The notes under the pieces are model-generated. The model was given only the letters and a program-made list of their open reading frames with translations, was not told the DNA's origin and made no database searches. The position numbers and the translations under genes are program-made. Below are positions 56,918 through 64,000 of a stretch of DNA of 64,000 bases, in pieces. Origin of the DNA: Spirochaetota bacterium (lineage in GTDB: Bacteria > Spirochaetota > UBA4802 > UBA5550); assembly GCA_963663865.1 (NCBI GenBank), contig OY760686.1, positions 2,560,001-2,624,000 of the forward strand, written 5' to 3'. Position 1 is the first letter of the stretch; each line of letters starts with the position of its first letter.

Positions 56918-58843
56918 TTATTCAACAGAGTTAAGAAGTGAATGAATATCTTCTCCATCTTCCGGATACGTCGCAGTCATAAATCCGACAAGCAGCTGTG
57001 ACTGCCCGGAACCTGCGCTGAGTACAATTTTGTTCCTTACCGAGTTGGCGAATGGAACTGCGAACTGACGGTCCTTCCCCGGCAGAACTATGAGGAACCT
57101 GTTTCTGTCAACCCGGACTGAAAAATCTCCATCTGATAGCCGGGCTTTAATGATTTTTTCCATGAGTTCGAGAGTCGACACTGCCTTTTCCTTCCCGGCT
57201 GACTGAATATATCTTTTATAATTCTTAATAGTAATCTGGACAATTGTAAGCGGAAGGCCGAGTCTTCCGCAGTCTACTATTGCTTCCCCAAGTCTTCGGT
57301 AAACTGAGGCCATACTGTCTATATATTTTCCGCTATCAGTATCACGTTCAGATAGCGACGCGGAAAAGTTTATTAAAAATCTGACAATAGATTTAAGCTT
57401 TTCTTCCACCATCCTCATTTCTGTTCCCTCAAGAAGACGAAAAACTGCAACAAAGCCTTCCAGAGATTTGCCTATTGAAAATGGAAATGCTTTTAAAAAC
57501 TGCATCTTCACCGCGCTGTCCCGGCCAAATGCGCTTTCAACGGCCTCGGATTCCTGCGAATTTTCGATATAGAGGATGCCCCCTGAGGAAAGAGAGTTTA
57601 TAATTTTGGAGCTGCTATTCAAGATGATCTTCTTATCTCTGATATTAACAAAATCTTCAACTTCAGAGAAGAAAGAATAGTAGTTTCCCTCTGCCCGGTT
57701 TTTCAAATATACTGAGAAAGAGACAATTCCCATCTTTTCAAATTCATCTCTAACAATTGTTTCAGCCTGACGGAAATTCTCTGTTCCAAGCATAAGCTCC
57801 TGAAATCTATCAGCATATTTTGATGCAGATATTGACTTCTTCAGCTCTTGTATTTCCTGCTTCATTTTCTCTTCAAAATAAAATTTCCCAAAAACACCTG
57901 CCGCAGCCTCACAAATAATTGCTATCATCTCCCTTTCAGAATCACTGTAAGAATCGAGTGTCACCTTGTCTCCAAGCAGAAGCGCCGCAAGAGGTCTTGA
58001 ATCCTTGATTATCGGGAAAATATATCTCGCATCTATTGAAATAAAATCAAGGTAATCCTTGAGTTTACCCTTCTCACTGCTGTAATCATTGATATCAAGC
58101 ATGGTTCCGACGGATATTGCCCTTTCCATAAGTCCGTCAGAACTCCTAAACACCAGGCCATTTGAATCAATATTGACACCTCTGCTCATTACCAGATGCC
58201 AGCTGTCCGAGTCAAGAAGCTCCGGCACTATTACACTACAGGTAGAGGCGCCGGTCTGGCCCATAGCAGCGAAAAGAATAGCATCACACAGCTCATCTGT
58301 GTTCGCGGCCCTGAATATCTCCCGTTCTATCTCTGCGGCAAGTACCGGATCGGCACCGGGAGACTCAACTTTATTCGGCACTTCATCGTCCACATCAGAA
58401 GCATTAATGCCGTTCACAGAACCGGCTCCAGCAGGCTGAAAGCTATTTGATTTTACAGGATCATCCGCCCTTTCAGTACTTTCATCGACTATTTCAATAG
58501 ATCTGACAGCTCCTCCCTTGATTTCAGAAAGAACCATTTCCTCAAGCTCACCAGTATATTTTTCATCTTCCTGGATATTCATTTCCTCTTCATCATCGGC
58601 AAGATCGTGATCGTATGATTCATCATACCCGGTTTGAGGAATCTCCTTTAAATCAGAAGCGTCAAGCATTACGATATCTTCTTCATTTGTCACTGCGGAC
58701 TGATGCTCATTCCCGTTCGATAGACCGTCATACTCTTCCGCAAACTCGGTCTCTGCCGGACCGGTGATCCTGTCCATCAAAGTCTGACGCCCCTGCCTGT
58801 TCAGCCCCTTTTTGTATTCAAGCGCTTTTTCTAAAAGTCCCAT
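56918..58843 (-). CDS. GAF domain(s) + degenerate GGDEF protein with acidic N-terminus
   Basis: GAF-like LLGDK....YSDSE; C-terminal RLSDGDFSVRVDRNRFLIVLPG in place of RxGGDEF. Confidence 0.75.
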   Translation of the reverse strand: MGLLEKALEYKKGLNRQGRQTLMDRITGPAETEFAEEYDGLSNGNEHQSAVTNEEDIVMLDASDLKEIPQTGYDESYDHDLADDEEEMNIQEDEKYTGELEEMVLSEIKGGAVRSIEIVDESTERADDPVKSNSFQPAGAGSVNGINASDVDDEVPNKVESPGADPVLAAEIEREIFRAANTDELCDAILFAAMGQTGASTCSVIVPELLDSDSWHLVMSRGVNIDSNGLVFRSSDGLMERAISVGTMLDINDYSSEKGKLKDYLDFISIDARYIFPIIKDSRPLAALLLGDKVTLDSYSDSEREMIAIICEAAAGVFGKFYFEEKMKQEIQELKKSISASKYADRFQELMLGTENFRQAETIVRDEFEKMGIVSFSVYLKNRAEGNYYSFFSEVEDFVNIRDKKIILNSSSKIINSLSSGGILYIENSQESEAVESAFGRDSAVKMQFLKAFPFSIGKSLEGFVAVFRLLEGTEMRMVEEKLKSIVRFLINFSASLSERDTDSGKYIDSMASVYRRLGEAIVDCGRLGLPLTIVQITIKNYKRYIQSAGKEKAVSTLELMEKIIKARLSDGDFSVRVDRNRFLIVLPGKDRQFAVPFANSVRNKIVLSAGSGQSQLLVGFMTATYPEDGEDIHSLLNSVE

Positions 58844-60148
58844 TTAAACCCCAAGTTCATTTAGAACATTGACATATATATCAAAATACTCAGAATCGGC
58901 AAACTGCCGCACAATGTCCTCAGGAAGTTTCTCAAAAAGACCATCAAGATATTTAAGCAAGCGTCGGATATCATTCTGCTTATTATCGGGAAACTCACGG
59001 ACAAACCGGTCGATATCAAGCTCATCATCAATAATAACTATGCGGTCAGTAATATCATCAAAGACTTGAACTTTCTCAATAGAAACCTTACTTTCAGCAT
59101 CGGCCTCAATTTTTATATCCGAATCTACCGTTGCATAATCCCGGTACTCCTGGAGAAGACGCGTAATCTCACCGATGTCCTCCTCATAAATATATGCGCC
59201 TTGAGAAGAGACCTCCTCCTCGATAGAAGCTTTCTCTTCATTTAGTAGGCTTTCGTTATCCGGCAGCTCATATTTGACATTAATTGGACCCTCTTTCTGA
59301 CGTTCAGGCTCTGCGCCGCTCGACAACTCCGCACTGCCCATAATCGCTTCATGAAAAGCGTCGAGCTCCTCCGCGTCCATTCCAGTTACAACACTGTCCG
59401 GAACCGAATTTGAAGGATCCAGTTGATGGTACTCGTCTATCCTGGTCATGTAATCGGATATTCCATCACCAAGCACTGCATCATCTATAAATAATAAATC
59501 GTCGTCCCGATAAAAAAGCTCGTGATTATCTCTGCGCCGTTCAACGTCAACGTTTTCCAATTCAGACGCTGCATCTGTTCGTGGTTCATTTTCAACCACG
59601 GCATTTTTTACGGCGCTGCGATGAGCAATCTCCTCTTCTTCTTCATTTTTTTCCCGGGAATAGTCCTCCTGCCCGCTTTCTTCGATAATTCTGATATCAA
59701 TATTTTCAACCTCAGCCTGGGAATCTTCTTCAACGAATTCAGATTCAGAAGGCTTACTTGCAATATCAGGAGCTAAACCATCTTCCATCATAAAGCTGAT
59801 ATTTTCAGCCTCTTGAATCAGATCATCCTCTGAAAGCAGAAGCGTTTCATCTGCTATTCTTTCTGCCTCAATGAGATTAATTCTTCCAATACGTCCAAGG
59901 TTAAAATCTGTCGGGATTCTCTCCATGTACTCTTCCGGAAGACGTATTGTTATTTCCTTCTCCTGCTGAACATCAATATCTTCGACTAAATCAGTTTGAC
60001 GATTTGACCGTGGTAAAACGCTTTCTCTGTCTGAATTCGAAAAACGCAACGATCCCCTGATGCCTCCTGTAAGAAGCGCCGGTCTTTCAAATTCATCAAC
60101 AATAATTGATGAATAGCTTTCAGTTGTATTTGCATTCTCTTTTGTCAA
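58844..60148 (-). CDS. Highly acidic hypothetical protein with helical C-terminal domain
   Basis: D/E-rich; C-terminal LLKYLDGLFEKLPEDIVRQFADSEYFDIY..VLNELGV resembles a conserved spirochaete motif. Confidence 0.7.
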   Translation of the reverse strand: MTKENANTTESYSSIIVDEFERPALLTGGIRGSLRFSNSDRESVLPRSNRQTDLVEDIDVQQEKEITIRLPEEYMERIPTDFNLGRIGRINLIEAERIADETLLLSEDDLIQEAENISFMMEDGLAPDIASKPSESEFVEEDSQAEVENIDIRIIEESGQEDYSREKNEEEEEIAHRSAVKNAVVENEPRTDAASELENVDVERRRDNHELFYRDDDLLFIDDAVLGDGISDYMTRIDEYHQLDPSNSVPDSVVTGMDAEELDAFHEAIMGSAELSSGAEPERQKEGPINVKYELPDNESLLNEEKASIEEEVSSQGAYIYEEDIGEITRLLQEYRDYATVDSDIKIEADAESKVSIEKVQVFDDITDRIVIIDDELDIDRFVREFPDNKQNDIRRLLKYLDGLFEKLPEDIVRQFADSEYFDIYVNVLNELGV

Positions 60149-60380
60149 TTTTGATATCCGGCCTAAAACATTATTAATTCACATCATATTTTTTTCATTA
60201 AAAATATAACTTATAATTCCTTTATCAAAACACAACAGTCCACCGCAATATAATCCAGCACAACCGCACCTGTTATATCATGTTCTGAGGGACAGACACA
60301 TACCGCCCTGGCCCATACTAAATATAAAGGAAAAAGCCTACTTATCACGTTAATTATCGGAAGAAATTGCCGGCGTGCAT

Positions 60381-60410
60381 AAAAAAAAAGGATGCTGAGT
60401 GCATCCTTTT
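60381..60410 (-). terminator. Intrinsic terminator of the atp operon
   Basis: Minus strand GGATGC-actca-GCATCC followed by U9. Confidence 0.8.
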
Positions 60411-60419
60411 GCTGGTTTA

Positions 60420-60823
60420 CTATCTTAAGGCTACTTTAAGCCTTGCCTTTAATTTTTGCTGTTCAATTTTCAAAAGCATTGATTCTTTTGATAGACTCGG
60501 AAGCTCCGCATCTTTCCTTCCTAAATCATCAAGTTTAAGCCTCAGACCCTCAGCATCGAGATCGCTTTTCTTATGTGCATTTTCTGCAAGCACTGTGACC
60601 GTATTATCCCTTACGTCAACAATGCCGCCTTCAATAACATAATAATCGGTTTCGGACTGATCCATCAGTCTCACTTCCCCTATACCCAGCTCAGATATAA
60701 GCGGAGAATGGCCCGGCAGAAAACCTATCTCTCCATCATGAGCCGCAAGAACAGCAAACTCAACCTGTCCTTCGAAAAGCACCCTTTCAGGAGTTATTAT
60801 TGAACAGTCAAGTTTTAATGCCA

Positions 60824-60824
<1 letters not shown>
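60420..60824 (-). CDS. atpC: F1F0 ATP synthase epsilon subunit
   Basis: IITPERVLFEG, GEIGFLPGHSPL; follows atpD. Confidence 0.95.
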
Positions 60825-62260
<1,436 letters not shown>

Positions 62261-62286
62261 TTAATAAAAAACATTAACATTGCTTC

Positions 62287-63168
62287 TCATTCAAGCCCGG
62301 CTGCTCCGCCGACTATTTCTGAAATCTCATTTGTAATTTTTGCCTGTCTTACCCGGTTGTACTTAAGAGTAAGCTTTCTTATCATATCATTTGAAGCATC
62401 AGTAGCGTTTTTCATTGATACTCGCCTTGCAAAATTTTCAGAGAATACAGTCTCCAGTAAAAAAGTAAAAATTCTGACTTTTATATACAGCGGCAAAATA
62501 TAAGAAAATATTCTGGCCGGATTCGGCTCAAAGTAGCAGTCAGTGCTCGCTGAGGGTATCGCATCAGCATCAAGATCGACATCAGGTGTGACAGGGAACA
62601 GTTTTACGACAGCAGGCTTTTGTGAGGTAGGTGAAATATACTTTGAATAAACAACGTATATTTCATGAAACTCCCCACTCAGAAAATATCCTTTCAGCTC
62701 ATCTCCAAGCCGAGCCGCATCGTCAAATGCCACAGCATCGTCAGGATTTTCAACCGACTTGAAAACCTCAATGTTTTTGAACGAGTAAAAACTCATCCCC
62801 TTCTTGCCAATCACGTAGGTCGAAACTTCGAGACCTTCCCTCTGCAGCCTGAGCTTCAATTCTGAAGCCTCTCTGAGTATCGCGCTGTTAAAACCGCCGC
62901 AAAGCCCCCGATTGCCGACTATCTCTACGACAAGAGCTCTGGCGGGATTCTGTATAGTACTCAGCAGAGGATCACTGAAATCACGGCCAACTACTCCGAG
63001 CAGATTCATCATAACAGAATTAAGTTTCCCCTCATAAGGCCTTGACTTGTCAATTCTGCCCTGGAGCTTCTTCATCTTTGCGCTGGAAACCATCTCCATC
63101 GTCCCGGTAATCTTGCGGGTATTTTTTATGGAGTTAATTCTATTCTTTATGTCTCGCTGATTTGCCAC
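62287..63168 (-). CDS. atpG: F1F0 ATP synthase gamma subunit
   Basis: KITGTMEMVS, RGLCGGFN, YNRVRQAKITNEISEIVGG. Confidence 0.97.
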   Translation of the reverse strand: MANQRDIKNRINSIKNTRKITGTMEMVSSAKMKKLQGRIDKSRPYEGKLNSVMMNLLGVVGRDFSDPLLSTIQNPARALVVEIVGNRGLCGGFNSAILREASELKLRLQREGLEVSTYVIGKKGMSFYSFKNIEVFKSVENPDDAVAFDDAARLGDELKGYFLSGEFHEIYVVYSKYISPTSQKPAVVKLFPVTPDVDLDADAIPSASTDCYFEPNPARIFSYILPLYIKVRIFTFLLETVFSENFARRVSMKNATDASNDMIRKLTLKYNRVRQAKITNEISEIVGGAAGLE

Positions 63169-63194
63169 GTTTCATTCCTGTTTTACAATATACT

Positions 63195-64000
63195 CTACAG
63201 CCTGCTAAGATATTCGTTCACAAAAGCAGATATGACTTCCTTAAGCTTCTCAGGCTCCTTCAGCTCTCCTGTACCTTCAATCTCTTCGAGAATACCACTG
63301 TTTGTTCTCTCAAGCATATCCAGAAATGCCTTTTCAAAATCCTTGACATTTTCAACAGGAACTTCGTCAAGCAGCCCCTGAGTACCGGCAAATATTATCG
63401 CGACCTGTTTACCGAGTCCCATAGGAACATATTGGCCCTGCTTCAAAATCTCAACAAGCCTCATCCCCCGGTCGAGCTGTCTCTGAGTAACTTCGTCGAG
63501 TTCTGTTCCCATCTGGGCAAAGGCCTCAAGGGCCCGGTACTGCGCCAGGTCAAGACGAAGGGAACCGGCATACTTCTTCATTGCCCTCACCTGAGCATTT
63601 CCGCCTACCCTTGAAACCGATATTCCAACATCCACGGCAGGTCTGATGCCAGATGCAAAGAGATTAGGAAGCAGATAAATCTGTCCGTCAGTAATCGAAA
63701 TTACATTCGTAGGTATGTAAGCAGATACCTCGCCCTCCTGTGTCTCAATAATTGGAAGAGCGGTCAGACTTCCACCCCCAAGCTCATTTGAAAGCTTGGC
63801 TGAACGCTCAAGCAGCCGGGAATGGCAATAGAAGATATCTCCAGGATAGGCTTCCCGTCCAGGCGGCCTTCTCAGGAGAAGAGAAATCTCTCTATACGCG
63901 TTCGCCTGTTTCGTAAGGTCATCGTAAACGCAAAGGGTGTGTCCTCCCTTTTCGTACATAAAGTATTCGGCCATCGCAGTTCCCGCGTACGGAGCAATAT
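63195..64000 (-). CDS. atpA: F1F0 ATP synthase alpha subunit (3' part; runs off the window)
   Basis: [32 protein letters not shown]. Confidence 0.98.
   Translation of the reverse strand, partial: IAPYAGTAMAEYFMYEKGGHTLCVYDDLTKQANAYREISLLLRRPPGREAYPGDIFYCHSRLLERSAKLSNELGGGSLTALPIIETQEGEVSAYIPTNVISITDGQIYLLPNLFASGIRPAVDVGISVSRVGGNAQVRAMKKYAGSLRLDLAQYRALEAFAQMGTELDEVTQRQLDRGMRLVEILKQGQYVPMGLGKQVAIIFAGTQGLLDEVPVENVKDFEKAFLDMLERTNSGILEEIEGTGELKEPEKLKEVISAFVNEYLSRL

Overview
Mostly core chromosomal DNA from a flagellated, prototrophic spirochaete. The assignment is inferred from spirochaete-type FlaB (MIINHNMSA), a short SMC and a Leptospira-like F-type ATPase. Housekeeping genes include maf, dtxR/mntR, fusA, pcm, uvrA, smc, rarA, rpsU, argH, fliD-flaG-flaB-flaB, glgP, trpE-trpGD and atpA-G-D-C. 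Main observations: (1) The tandem flagellin locus is built like an rRNA operon. A GNRA hairpin and a boxA-like GATCTTTGAAAAC lie in a leader arm complementary to the sequence over the flaB stop codon about 1 kb away, followed by a second boxA and a structured spacer before the second flaB. (2) An RND + PhnD-like + TPR-lipoprotein trio resembles the BstABC sterol-trafficking system. (3) An AT-rich hicA(amber-interrupted)-hicB-ORF3 module has a palindromic operator; the hicA is missing from the ORF track. (4) A 188-aa miniature flagellin-like gene. (5) A Flavo-1-like structured RNA. (6) Several degenerate enzymes. All calls come from motif recognition by eye; no searches were run.
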